A DNA stretch of 59,930 nucleotides, from the NCBI GenBank assembly GCA_009602725.1, contig WELB01000025.1:198496-258425 (forward strand), in the 5' to 3' direction. The stretch's first letter is position 1. Each line of letters starts with the position of its first letter. Position numbers and translations under genes: made by a program. Source of the DNA: Spirogloea muscicola (taxonomy: Eukaryota). Shown here piece by piece: positions 27,501 to 40,968 of the stretch. The notes under the pieces were generated by a model that did not search any database, was not told where the DNA came from, and saw only the letters and a program-made list of their open reading frames with translations.

Positions 27501-30500
27501 CATACCTGTCACAAGTGCAACATTGCAATGAAGCTTCAGGGGGCCTTCGTACTTCTCCAGTTGCAAAGAACGTGCATGACAGGCTAGTCTGATCATAAGA
27601 CCTGGCCCCTCTTTGCACAGAGAGCACTCGCAACACTCACAGATTTCGAAGAGTTTGCAACGAAACATACTTTGCCTACTGACAGGGCAGTATGATTTGC
27701 CAAGGACTCTCATTAGAACCACGAAGCCTTGTGCGAGGAGAGATGCAGGCGATACTTCACCTCGCGAAGTTCAACATCCACATCGGCAGGGAGACGTAGC
27801 CAGGCTGAGAACTTCAATGACTCTCGCACTGTCACCTGAGGGGAATGGATATCATTCTGCTCGCAGTATCCAGCAATGCGAGCGAATGTCTCACGCTTCT
27901 TGGGATACCCAGAAAGTCTGACATCACCCTCGATGGTACCACCAGTCTTCCTGTCTGCAAGTACGTCCATCAACCTGCGCAGACGACCAAGAAACAAAAA
28001 TGGACTTAGCTGTGCTGCTGCATTGTACGTCATTTGTTCTGCATTTGTATACTTTAGCAAAGAGCAAAAATATTCTTTTGGAAGGACCTGTTGAGGGTTT
28101 GCGTTATTGACAGCAACTCACGTGGTCTTGCCTGCTCCGCTCACGCCGACAAGCGCGGTCAGAATGCCAGGGCGGAATGCACCGTTGACATTTCTCAGCA
28201 GCTGCAAACCCTTCTCATGCTGTTCTGGTGTGGCAGCTGCTTTCATCTCCTGAGTGAGCAGATTTCACAGGTCACAGCTCCTGAGTGAGAACAATGCCAT
28301 CTAACAGCCAAAAAGATTATAAGCAGCTCGAGATCTGCGCCATGGCAATGCATCAGACTTTATCCAGATCCTAGGGTTTCTGAAGGACATAGACAAATGG
28401 CTTGGTCTCTTCTCCTGATGCTCTAAGATCCATAAGGCCCGAACAGCAGGCCTGACAATTTCCATGTGACAAACTGTGGATTCAGATAGTCTGAGAGCAA
28501 AAGCTTGGCAGCCATTGTGGGCCTCGTACCCCTGGTAAAGTGACGAAGTAGTTAACGTCCTTGAAGGACAAGGCGAGCGGCACGAAGGGCAGGACCATTC
28601 CGCGCTTCTGCTGCCCAGCTTCTTCCGGGGTGAGACTGCTGTTCTGTCCCAGGCTGCTGTTCCCCCCGCTCAAGCCACTCATCTGACCCAAAGTGCTATT
28701 CTGCCCGATCTTGCTAAGCTGTTCCAGTCTGCTTGATATAGCGCCTACTCCTGCTCGCTTAGATGGCTGTAGAATGGTGTCGACATCCTTGCCAGTCCTG
28801 TTTGCCTCCTTTGCGATCAGCTGCTCGTCCGAGTACTGTGCTTGAGCTCCGGCCAATGCTGTACAGGCAATCCAACTTAGCATTGAGCATTGAGTACAAG
28901 CCACTGTTTGCAAGCATTATTGCTGAGTATGGCGACTAATTTCTGTGAGTCTGTACTGCACATGTCATCATTCAACATTTCAGCGAACTTAGAGTCTTTT
29001 TATGCTCATCTGGCCCTGCAAATGAGACCATGCTTCAGATGTCCATTTAGAAGCTTCCTCGAGTGGAGGGAGTCACTTACGCTGGATAATCTGGAGTGCG
29101 ACAATCAAGATCAGATTGAAGACAATGATGAAACCAATCAGAGCAGCAAATCCAATCCAGTACCAGTAGCCTCGAGTGTATAAGCCACGCCCATGCAGCA
29201 CAGCATACCCAATGCTTTGATTTGGTTGATAGCCCCTCCCTGCTGGCTGGACATTAGAATTACATTTACATCTAGGTGTCAGGAACAAGACTCCACAAGC
29301 AACCACTTGCCACGACCCATTCAACTTGCATTCTCGTTCAAAACAAACTGCCCATGCGGCCTCGACAGTTCAGCTTAAAGAGTTGCGTCGCGTCTCGCCT
29401 CTTATATTTGTGCTAGAAGTACAGCAGGCTTGACTCACCCCATTCCAGCGAGGGTCTAGGAACTCATTAACGGCTAATGCATTCTGAGCATATGATAAGG
29501 GTGAGCACCAGTATCCCCAGATCCACCAAGGATGAATATCAGCTGCAATTGAACAGATAAAACCCTTAGGCTGAAATTGTTCATGCCATTGCAACATACT
29601 GTCCGCTGCTATACACTCCGCTTCATTGAGATTGTCAGATGCACTGAGCTGCCATTGCTAAACTGCAAAATAGGCAGTCTCGTAAAGCGGGTGGAGATAG
29701 TACGCTTTGCAAGCACAAAGCCGCCCAAAATCAGGACGACCAGAAGGCCAAACCCGCCAAAGGTGTTGGCAATAGTCATTGTCCGAGCCAATGCACCAAT
29801 GACCTTGAAGATAGCACAGGAACACTGATGAATAAGGAAAAGTATGAGGACATGACGGAAGAACCTGCGCAGCAGTGAGTGAAGTTGGGACAAGGACAGA
29901 TCAGGCCTTGGACAATCAGTCACAGCCTTCCAGTGTATGACTGCTCCCTACACAGCTTCCTGATAACAGAGCATATGCTGCAGAATGTACAAGAAGAGTT
30001 GGACTCTTTGTGCCTGCTTATGCAGCCTGTAGCCATGGCCATGTAAGTCTAATTTGTGTGCAGCACGTAAAAGGATGCCAAAGGAAAAAATATACGAACC
30101 GTCCAGCATCAGGTGCCATGCCAACGGTCCAGTATATAAGAATTGTCCAAAGGAATGACGCCCACACAGAGAACGGCAAGGTGAGAACCCAGCTGGGTAC
30201 AATGAGGCACCACGAGGGGAAGTAGTAGTCTCCTCGTTGCCTGAAGAAAACTGGTAGTCTCTGCAGACCAGGGCAACCACACAGTTGGCTAATGCATTGC
30301 CAAGGAGCACAATGCTGATGGCCTTACTAAAGGATGGTAAAGCACCTGACCACCAGCGGCAATCTGCAAGTGTCTTGCAGATTTCAGACCTAGGCTGTCT
30401 AGTAGGAAGCTCAGCTTAGCCACCAAAGAAAGCCTTACCTGAACCATCATAGACATCTCAGCCAGGCCGTTGAAGAGCATCATAAGCATTCCAAAGAAGA

Positions 30501-33500
30501 TAGCGCCTAGAATGAAGCTCCCTTCCTTGATGGTCTGATGGAGCCTCGTACGGAAGAACAAGGTGAAAGTGACAACTGCGAGGATAATAATCTGTCACAC
30601 GCCAATGTGCCCCATCAGCTCACACCTGTAAGTCACAGCTGGAGTGCAGCCATTTATGATGCACAACCAACCCCAAAGCTGACGCAAGTCTATAAGCTGT
30701 CTTCCTGCAGGTTGTTGACACAGCACCATCTTCTCATATAATTGAGGTGTTAGCACACCTGAATTGTGCTGGCAATGTAGAAGATAGAGTTACGCTTCAT
30801 GAGCAGAAACTCTCGGGCACAGACGGCTTTGAAAAGCTCCGTCTCTGGTACCCCCCATCTGGCCGTACCAAGGGCTCCAGGCGGACTCTGACTCTTATCA
30901 TAAGGAGTGTTCAATAATGCCCTGTTCTCCTGACCAACTGAGAAGGTTTCAAAGGCATCGGCAAAGTCCTTCACAGCCACATATCTGTGGCATAAACGTC
31001 AGAGCACACTGTCAGAAAGTGTTAGATTGAGCAGGGCAGCTCATATGCATGCTTGAGGAGACTGTCACACTTTCTGGCAGTCTGATGACTGGGGCACTGC
31101 CCAAAGGGAGCATCCAATGTTGCTACTCCGCCTAAGTTGCAGTTGTCAGTAGTGACTACATTTTAGGTAAGCCCAAGGGGCACCACAGGACTTTGTCATG
31201 TCATACCGGTAAGGAGCCCGCTTGTCTGCCCAATACTGGCGTTGATCCTTCAATCCCGTGACCTGCAGGGAGAAAGGGCCATGCAGAGTTGTGTCAAAGT
31301 TAGACACCGATGAAGGTATTCATAAGTGTACCTGCACACACACGCTACAACTAGTGGGCTCCACAGCAAAAACACGAATTGTGGTAGCCAGTAGTCTGAG
31401 TGATTTCCAAATAAGGAGCTCCAATTACCTCTTGCAAAAAGTCAGCGATGCCTTTGCGAGCAGGGCATTTGAAACCCATCTGAGTGAAAAACTCAAGGAC
31501 ATGCTCCTTAGGTCCATTGTAGACAATGTGGCCTTCTGATAGTAAGATGATGTCATCAAAAAGTTCGAATGTCTCCGGAGCAGGCTGCCAGCAAAAGCTT
31601 GACGACCATAAGAAGGTTGGGTCCTGGCTGTGTGAACCCCTTTGGTGGCTAATAAACACACTAATACTACAACAAGTTTGTCTTCAGCAATCATAGACTG
31701 CACCTCACCTCACTTCTTGCCTTCTTGTTACCCAGCAGATGACAACCTCAAACCAACATGCCTTACAAGCGGATGGAGCTTTGACTGGCGATAGATACTG
31801 ACAGTCATCCTTGCAAGTAAGTCGGGCAAACCTGCAGCAGAGCAACCAATACTGTGGCATTCTGCTTGCGCGTCCAGTGCCCCATGCTCTGTGTGATCTG
31901 GAAAGTGGTGGACGAATCAAGGCCTGTGGATATCTCGTCCAGGAAGAGGACCTGTCTGGGCCCCACCAGCTGCTCGCCAGTGGTGACACGCTTCTTTTGC
32001 CCTCCCGAGATACCTCTGAGAAGCTCATTCCCTACAACTGTGTCCTGGCAGACGTCTAGGCCCAACATCTGCAGAAAGAGGAGTAGCATGAGGAAGGAGG
32101 CCCTTTGCCTACGATGCCAATGCATGCAATGTGCAACAGCAACTTCCCGAAGTCAACAACACTGATGCAGGACTTGAAACAGGAAGTATACCTGCCAGCA
32201 ACGGCCTGCATTCAGCAATTGATAATTATGATGACAGGTTCATCTAGAAGGATTCAATCGCACCTTGATAAGGTAATCACTTTGCACGGTGGCTGGTTGT
32301 GCAGCCAAGGAAGCACCCTGAGCAGCAGACAAGTTCAATGATTGCAGTCAGATGGCATGCAAGCTCAATACTGCACAACCGGCCAACAAGTTAGTGCGTG
32401 TCTGCAGAGACTCGGTCATATTTTCCCCTTGCACAGATCAGATTCAAATGTTGGTCTGAGCAAAGGGAACCCTTAGTCTTTCTCATGGGCAGTGAGGCCA
32501 CGTTGAGCACTGTAATACGTGCAATTGTGTCAACTACAACCCAAGAAGCTGCAACCTGCATGTGACAAGTCAAAATCAAATATCACCTTCATGTAGGCCG
32601 CAATCACAGGGTCTGGGACAATGTTCAACTCCGCTTCCCGCTTCTCAAGCTCTTCAAGGAGTGCTGTCACATGAAGCACAGCAAAGCGCTGTCAGTGAAA
32701 GCCACAGGGTGAATGCTTCCGAGAAGGTCAGCTGCTGCTTCAAGCAGGGACTCAGCCTTGGCTACCCACTTGCTCTGTGGCCAACCCCTTGAACGCGGGC
32801 AGAGAAATCCAGCGTCTCTCGCACAGTCATCTCCCCGATATGCAAGTCATCCTGGCTCACGTAAGAAGCCGTCCGTGAGGGCATAAATTCGTTAAGTGTG
32901 TGTCCATTGTAGGTGATGCTTCCTGTCAACTGCACCGCAAGAACACAGGCGTGGGAGGATGGTATCAGCATCATCTGGAAGCTCCCCTCCAAACGATTGC
33001 TGGTGGTTGCTGTTCACCAAAGCATTCAATAACAAGTGTCCTTGGCAAGCTGATCAACTGTGCTTCCAATGACTCCACAGGTGTGGTTTGCAAATGCAGA
33101 CTTCAGCATCCAGCCAGCTGCAAGTCAGGAAGGCGGTGACTGGGACATACGCGGAGGTCTGAGTCAAGCTTGCCAGCCAGTGCCTTCATCAGTGTGCTCT
33201 TCCCGGCACCTGGAGGTCCAAGAAGTAATGTCATCCTGCGCATGCCGAAGATTGGCGACAGCAGAGGGCATTGTGTTCAGTCAGCATAGCTCCAGTCCTT
33301 CGAAAGATGTGGCAAAAGGTGGAATGCAGGCCCAGCCTGCAGTAGCTGCGAGTTTGTCAACAAGGTCACATTCTCATGCTTGGGTCTACACCGAGTTGAA
33401 GTTGTGACATATATGCGGCCCCCGTGCGAGCAGGCAGATGGGCGGAGAGACAGCCTGACTGACCTGCCGGGAACCAGCGTCCCATTAATGCTGTGGAGAA

Positions 33501-34409
33501 TGGGGAAGTCCCGCTTGTTGTCCTTGAGTAGCCTGGCCTTGATCAGGAGGTTCTGCAAGCACAGACCACATCCATCCATTGGGCGCAGTCGGTGCTACTC
33601 GAGCAGACAGATGCAATGGAGCCCACCGGAAGAAAGAGAAGCTGCCTCAGCTATGGCGCTGTTCAGGAGCAGCACGCCATACGCCTCACAGATTACCGTC
33701 CAGAGCTTGGGACAGAGTACTGAGGGGGCAGAGATGGGCATGCACAGAGCCTGACTGTGGTCATGCGCCTCGTTCTCACGCATCGCAATTCGTGCCAAAT
33801 GCAAGCCTGTGAGGTGAGCGGCATCTTGGAAACCGCAGGGTCGGTCGGGCGCGAAGGGGGGAGGCTGCTCAGGCTGTGACCTCGAAGAGGTTGAGTGTCG
33901 AATTGACGAGCGTCGGCAGGTTCCTGTCTCCGACCTGGATGCCAGCATTGATGGCCAGGTTCTCGAATCGAACCTGCACCTTGGGAAACTCCACGCCCGC
34001 CCTGCACCGCCACGGAGAGGTCCAGTTAAGAGACTCATGTCACACAACCCGTTGCCAGCGGCTGCCGCGGTATGGCTCGTTCGGCGAGCCAATGCCGCAC
34101 CACAGCTCCGGCATCCTCATCAGAGAGCTTCTGACGACGCAACCCCACTATCGCATGACGAGCTGAAACAAGAAGTGGCAGCAAGCAAGATGGGCCTCTC
34201 AGTGGGAGACCGGCAGACGGCCGGGACCGCGGCGAGGCGCACGCACCTGTCCATGCGCTCGCGGACCTTGGTGAGCAGGATCTCGTTGGTCTGCTCCGTA
34301 GTGCCGAGCGCCTTGTCCACGATGGCGGCGCGGAAGTCGCGCTGCGCCAGCTGCCCCAGGAAGCCGGGGCCGTCGGCCGCCCCGCCGTCGGCCACGGGCA
34401 CGGCGGTGN
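24521..34409 (-). CDS. Full-size ABCG (PDR-type) ABC transporter, ~29 exons; start codon probably lost at the N at 34409
   Basis: NBD1: [44 protein letters not shown]2: [71 protein letters not shown] motifs [14 protein letters not shown] and [15 protein letters not shown]. Ends ...LVLQSR* at 24521. Confidence 0.96.
34409..34409. other. Ambiguous base or assembly gap in the first ABCG exon
   Basis: Single n; no in-frame ATG is seen nearby upstream. Confidence 0.8.
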
Positions 34410-35007
34410 CCGCGCGGACGGCCGGCTGAGGCTGCGGCTCACGACGAAAGTTGAAGAGCGGGGACGAAAAGGGAGGACTCCTGCCGCTCCGGCGCGCGTT
34501 ATTTGTTCACCTATGTGTCAAATTATCGGGACGCGCGTTTTCTCATTGGCTCCGGGGCGGACGCCCGGCGCGCCGGCCACAAAAAGGAGTCCCCCCCGGT
34601 CCTCTGCGGTGGCATTGGCGCAGGCCTCGCAGAGGAGCATCGGGCGGCATCGCGGCGCTGGACACCCGCACGTGTGCAATCTGACGGCGCGGCGCGCCGG
34701 CCGCCGTGCACGCGTGCGCGTCACCGCGACGCTCGCCGACGTCACGCCGCCCCAGCGGCCAATCATCGCGCCGGCGCCGGCCGGTGACGCGGGCCCACGC
34801 ACCTGCTGACGTCCAGGCGCGCCGGGCAGCCAAACATCGAGCGGCTGACGACACGCCGCGGGTGGCGGGCCGTCGATCGGCATCCGACGGTTCGCGGTGC
34901 GCAGCACCCCAACCCCCGGGGTGGAACTTGCGGCCAGGAAGCGGCGAAGGCCCGATGGCGCTTTCGTGGCACTTGGCGCCAAGCCGCGCCGTTCGCCGGG
35001 CCCTGGC

Positions 35008-35200
35008 TGAAGACGTGGCTCTCCCAAGGGGGGCAAGGGCTGTGACAAAGGTTCGAAGGGGGCCAAATGACGGAGAAGAGAAAGGGCTCGCCCATTGAGG
35101 ATAAGGGCTGGAAAAGCCCAAAAATACTTGGATGAACAAAGTACGGGGGGCCAGGGGAAGCGCTAAGAAAAACAAGCACAACAAGAAACAAAGCAGCTAC
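35008..35200 (-). mobile_element. Stacked CRE-like 3' UTR and modules
   Basis: Homologous to 12310-12511, with the same two-module order. Confidence 0.75.
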
Positions 35201-35419
35201 AAATCACTGACGAGGGGGCCTAAAGCCACCATGACGGAGGGGCCTGAAGATGCGACGTCAGAACCGGCTTGGCCCTGAAGCTGGGCCCCCGCAGCCATCG
35301 CACCCCCACCTGCTTCGTTTGGTTCGTTCGTCTGATTTATGAAGGAAAGTCGCTTCCAGCCATGGGGGATGGCTGTGAGTGCCAGCCTAGGAAAAAGATT
35401 GAACACGGTTCGAAGGGGC

Positions 35420-36560
35420 GGCTCTTCGCTCAGCCCGGGATGAGCTGCTTGCGGATCACCCCGCCCTCCACGGGCCGTCCCGTTCGCTCACCTCGCGCGC
35501 ACGGCCGACCTGCGGGCCCAAGCTCGCTGCATGGCGGAGGTAGATGCGGCGTCTTTCTCCACGGCGCTGGGGCTTTTGCCTCCAGCCGACCTCCGGGGGC
35601 GCGCGCGACTGCTCTCGGCGTCCTCACCAGGGGCGGCTGCTTGGCTGTCGGCTCTGCCGATCCACGACGCGCTCCGGATGCCGGACGCCGCATTCTGAAC
35701 GGCGGTGCACCGCCTCCTCGGCCTCCACCCACCATGCCTAGGTGGAGTACAACAGTGCGAGTGCGGCGAGCGCAGCCCGGACGCGGCGTCACTGGCAGCT
35801 CACATGCTCCGATGCGCACGGGGAGGGGAGCGGACCGGCACACACGACCTGCTCCGGAACGCGATGTTTGGCATATTTGTCGAAGCCGGTTACACTGTGG
35901 CGCTGGAGAACTGCAGCATCATGCCTCTGACTGCTGGGGCGGACGGCCGCCTCCACACCCGGCGCGCCGATGTCGTCGCTAGCGCGCTCGGCGGGGGGCC
36001 TCGGCTCATTGCCGACGTCGTCACAACGGACTCCTTGGATTCCAGGAGCGCAACACGCTCGGCGGAGGAGGCGGGCTACGCCGTCCGCCAAGCGGCCGCC
36101 GCAAAGGAGCGCAAGTACTCAGATCACCCGGTAGGCGACGAGTTTATCCCACTCGCCGTCGACGTACACGGCGCCTTTGGCGCCAAATGGCTGGACCTCC
36201 TTCACCGCCTTGCGCGGCGAGCAGCGGCCCGCCGCGACGGGCAGCAAGGCGAGCAGCCTGGCTTCCATGTCCCCGGGTCCCTCGCCCAAGTTTACCGGAT
36301 GCGCCTGGCCGTCTCTTTGCAGCGGTCCCTAGCTTTTGCGGTCCACTTGCGCGCAGGCTGCGCTCTGGCGGCGGCCTCCGGCTTTCGTCAGGGCGACGTC
36401 TTTCCGCCTGCTAGCTACTCAGATTTGCATCTACTGACGAGAGGTTACTGAGAGTTCGCTTACTGCTGTCTCAGTCCTTAGCACTCCGACTCCTTCAGAC
36501 CTTGTCCATTCTTTTGGGCTGGCCTCTCCCAGCCACCAGTTAATCTGGCCGCGCTTGCTC
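35420..36560 (+). mobile_element. 5'-truncated CRE-like element nested in the 3' module of an opposite-strand copy
   Basis: RARLLSASSPGAAAWLSALP, in-frame TGA at 35696, CECG..HMLRC..RTGTHD..RRADVV..KERKY..LLTRGY*. TSD TCGAAGGGGC at 35410-35419 and 36561-36570; host fragments at 35345-35419 and 36561-36592. Confidence 0.9.
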
Positions 36561-36829
36561 TCGAAGGGGCCAGAGAATGCTCGAAAGCACAAGGTCACCC
36601 CTTTCCTTCTTCTTTTCTGCCTGGCCTGTGGCTCCGCTAACCACCGCCGCTGCCACCTACACCACCGCAAATCGTCAAAAGCTTCCTCTGACGTTACCTT
36701 TGACGTTTTGGACCTTGTCCATTCTTTTGGGCTGGCCTTTCCCAGCCCCTTTTATATATAGGTCACCCCACCTTCGCCATACTCTTGTTCCTTGCTCATA
36801 AGTGTAGGGGTTACTGAGCGAAGAGAGAA

Positions 36830-36990
36830 ACTCTTCAAGTAGATGGCGGTAGCTGTGACGGCCAGCCCAGTGCAGGAAGTGCAAAGGGGCCAGGAATGCG
36901 CTAAAGCACATCGACTCAAGTGGGCACTGAGTGCTCAATAAGCCCCGTTGAGCAGCAGCAGGTCAGAGAAATTAGTTTCTGGGTAGGCAC
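36830..36990 (-). mobile_element. Short CRE-like 3' fragment
   Basis: FSDLLLLNGAY* remnant plus GGGCTGG..CACAGC module. Confidence 0.6.
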
Positions 36991-38639
36991 GCTTAGCCTA
37001 CTAGATACAACCTGTAATGAACCAGCCGCTTTGTTAAGCCACATGGCTTCGCTGCCATAACATGACCGGCCACTTGGGACAAGTGGGCCCGCCAGGTGGC
37101 GGGCTGGCTTGCCGGGCAAGTGGTCCGCCCCAAGGGCGGGCCCCGCCCGTCCAGAAGTACCCCTCGCCAGGATCTTTGGCCCGCCGCAAAGCGGGCCATG
37201 GGGCAACCCGCTCACACTCCTGGAGGGGGGGTGGCACGGGGAAGCACGACGAGCCTTTGGCTGAGTGAGGCTGGACAGGAGTTCGGACCGGTGAAGCCCA
37301 GGAGCAGCCTTGCCGCTGCTCGCTGCCGCAGCAGCCGCCGCATTCTGCTGCGGGGCCTGCTGCGCCGGCCTGCGCCCAGGAGGTGGAGTCGCCGCCGGAC
37401 GGCGGCGCCACGGGGCCTGTCTTCCGCTGCGCCGATGCGCTAGTGCTTTGCCTGTGTAGTGGGTTGGTCCCTAAACCCCCCACAGCCGAACTCAACAAGG
37501 ACTGCTCACCCTGACTGCATGTGTAAGGCGAGGTTCCTTACACAACCACTTGTTACTACTACATACCCTCCTTGAGAACCTTGCAAGTCTGGGCTATGCA
37601 CCAGAAGGGCATGCATCCAGCATGTTTGTCGTTTTTTTGCGACGTCGTCTGTCAGCCTGTTTGTGGCGAGCTCAGGCTCATGTTTGCACTGGAAAGCTGG
37701 GCAAGCTTTAGCTGGTGGCAGAAGGGCTTGTCAATTGCCGTCCAGTGTTCGGGCATCAGTCAGCGACCTCTACGTGCTGACTCCTAGTCATTGAGCTGTG
37801 CTGACTTGTGGTCACTGAGCGGGTCAGCTTAGCAGCAGGTGATGTACATCTGCCGATGTGCTTACCTTGTACTTGGCCACTCAGGCCCTCCATCACTCCA
37901 TCACCCCAGCCGCATTTGACACTTTCTGTAACGATACATGGCTGGAATGTCAATGCAGCAGTTATGTGTTGACATATGCTTGGAGACTAGAGACCTCATC
38001 CGGCTGATAAATGAAGTGACTGTCAGTGGCGCAGGAAAGGCTTGACAGATGCCTGGAGACGGACATTTCGCAAAGCTGGGAAGCATGGTTTCAACCTTGA
38101 GCTGAAAGCGGCGCAACCCAGAGTCGTGACGCGCGAAACAGCATGGTGCTGGCGCTGGAACGGCGACGGAAGGCGACAGCGCTGTAGACTGCCTTGACGG
38201 CGTCGTTAGCCATTAGTGTTGACGGTAGTAGATCGTCAGTTGCTACTGACGGGGCATTGCGGTGGTGGCCGATGGAAGGGTAGATTGTCGGGTAGCCCGT
38301 GGAAAGCCGTCGACAGGTCGTGGACGGGTCCTCAACGAGAGACTGGGTGCCAATTATCCTACCCGGGCCCGTATGGCCGGGCTCGCAGTCCGTCGGGCTA
38401 TACAGGGGGCACCCGAGATGGGAGAAGGGGGTACTTCTTCACCCAACCTCATTCACCCCTGGACCCTTGCCCCTGCAGTCCGTTGCTCACCGTTACCGTT
38501 GCAGCCCCATTCCAATGCCTCCCCGCTTTTCCTCGCGCCGCCGGCAGCCCGGGCTTGGCGATCCATGGCATTCCTTACAGCCTTGCCCACCTTGGAAGAG
38601 CTGCTTCTGCACAGCCTGTCACGGCCTCTCACAGAGATC

Positions 38640-39110
38640 GCCGGATCCGGCAATGCGCATGGTCGGGCTCTAGGACATGTAGTAGGCAAGGCCGCTCCAG
38701 CTAGAGCCCATCACGAAGTCGCGGATGGTCGTCAGAGCTTGGGGGTACGCCCGCAGGTCGCTGATGCCCGCCACGGGCTTGCCCTTCAGGCAATTGATTT
38801 TCGGCGATATGCGGCCCGGCGGCTGCTGCTGGTACCAGTGCCCACCCATGAAGACAGGCAAGTCGATTCCGTGCAGCGCGGGCCCCCACGACGTATCTGG
38901 CACATCCAGGTTCACTGTGTACCCATGGTTCTTAGCCGACATCTGGAATGCCTGCACGAGGTACTATGGCGGCGCCGTGACAATGACCATGTTGTGCGGC
39001 TGAACAATCACGCCGCCCATGACATTGGGGCCCACCTTTCCCGTCCAGTGCTGCGCAGTCGCCGCCGCCAGCGCCAGCAGAAACCGAATCAGCCTTGAGT
39101 TTTGCAGCAA
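38640..39110 (-). pseudogene. Intronless reading frame of unknown family with two in-frame TAG stops
   Basis: RLIRFLLALAAATAQHWTGKVGPNVMGGVIVQPHNMVIVTAPP*YLVQAFQMSAKNHGYTVNLDVPDTSWGPALHGIDLPVFMGGHWY...GLAYYMS*SPTMRIAG; third codon positions are GC-rich. Confidence 0.45.
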
Positions 39111-40689
39111 TCAAGCCTTGCTATAAACAAGACGTCAGCTCTTTCTCTGAAAGAGCTGCCCCTCTGGAAGAGCTGGTTCAGGTCCCTTTGCACCCTTTGC
39201 ATCCTTTGGTGGTCTCTTACCTTGTTCATTAAATATTGTGGGCTGGCTTTTCACAGCCCTCGCTCCCTTTTAGAAAGCTCTCTTCATTCTTTGCAAAAGC
39301 TGGAGGAGCTGAAAGAGCTGGTAAGAGCCGTCGTGCTACATAGTGTTGGCTGCCAAATGAAGTCGATAGGCCAGACCAGAACAGAAATAGGTGACGAAAC
39401 AATAGCCCACGTGGCCGGCAAACCACAAACATCCAGAAGTGAAGCAAGAAGCAAGAAACTTGATAGCTTGAAACCAAAGCGACTCAAGCAGACTCTACAC
39501 ATTGACCACTATGATGTGTGTGGCTGTTTTATGGCTGACTTTTTCAAAACTCCCCCCCCCAGCTGCATGTTCTGGTACAGAATGAGCGTCTAGATGAGAA
39601 TCGAGGCAGGTTACACGGTGCCAATTATTTTCTACTACTGTAAGAAGGGTGGGGTTAAGCAATGTATGTGCCAAACCTAGTTGCAGTCGGTGCACAAAGC
39701 ATGACAGATGCCTGGTCTGTAAGTTGGCATGTCTCTGCTCAGAAACCCATTGTCGATTGTGATCAGTGGTAGGGTCAATGCTACTAGCGACTAGGGATTA
39801 TGTCCTGTACATGGACGATCAACTCCGGAGCACCTCAATCAACTCTGTACCTTTGAGCTGGGCCCCTGCGTTGCTCAGGCCAATGCTTTGCACCAGAAAG
39901 CTAGGCGAGCTCTAGTTGGTGGCAGAACGGCTTCGTATCTGACATCTAGTATTCAGGCATCGATGAGCGACCTTTATGTTTTGACCCGTGGTGACTGAGC
40001 GGGTCAATCTGCTGTAGGTGATGTGCGTCTCTAGATGTGCTTGCCTTTGTATTTAGCCATTTGGCCTTTGTTTGTTTCAAGTACACGAAAACTTTTCTTT
40101 ACACAGCCATCCCTTGCATTTGCACGTTACTGCCCCCTTGAGGCTCTAGCCACACATCGGGGGTGCTGGGCGTGTACTAAGCCGGGCCACTTGCTTGCGT
40201 GGTGGTGCTTCGACGCCCAGATTAGTCTGGCAGATCACAACTGCTCACTTGTGGCTACTAGAGTCCCCCTTCATTTATGCTTTCCATTTTGTTGACTCAG
40301 CCCTCTTGAATGCATTGGTTCTTCTTACTCATGATGTCTGGCTTGCTTTGGCCTCCCCTCTCATTTCATGCGCACCACGCTCTCTTTGGACCTTGTCCAT
40401 TCATTTCGGGCTAGCCTTCAAGGCTTCCTTCTTCCACAGCCATTGCCCGCTTAACCAGGCAAGCGACGATCAACGTCAACCGGGCATTTGCAACTCAATG
40501 ACTCGACCTTTCCCAGCAGCTCGCACTGCGAGCAGTGACCGGGCGTCAAGAGCAGCAGAGTGAAAAGCCGGCTTCTTGAATGCCTCCGGGTTGCTGGCTC
40601 AGGTTGCTGCCCTTGCCCCTCCCACTTCCTTCCAGGCGTTCGCTTTCAGGCAGGCCTTCAGCTGCTGCCTCTGGTTTTGACGTGGCGAC

Positions 40690-40968
40690 ACATTCCGCCT
40701 GCTAGCTACTCCGAGTTGCAGCTGTTAACTGGAGGTTATGGAGATGCCGCTTGCACAGCTGTGTGGTTGCGTTTCTAGACCCCTTTGCACACTTGGACCA
40801 TGGGGCTGCCCTTTCGTCTTTCGGATCTGCAGCTCCTCACTCATAATTATTAAGTTATTCACCCTGCCCCAGTTCTGAGACAGCGCTTTTGGCCCCTTCG
40901 TACCTTGTCAATTCCCTTCGGGCTGGATTATCACAGCCCTTGACCCCATTGGGAGAGCCACTCCTTCT
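40690..40968 (+). mobile_element. Two tandem short CRE-like 3' fragments
   Basis: PPASYSELQLLTGGY and SDLQLLTHNY*, with UTR and module like 18300-18452. Confidence 0.7.
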
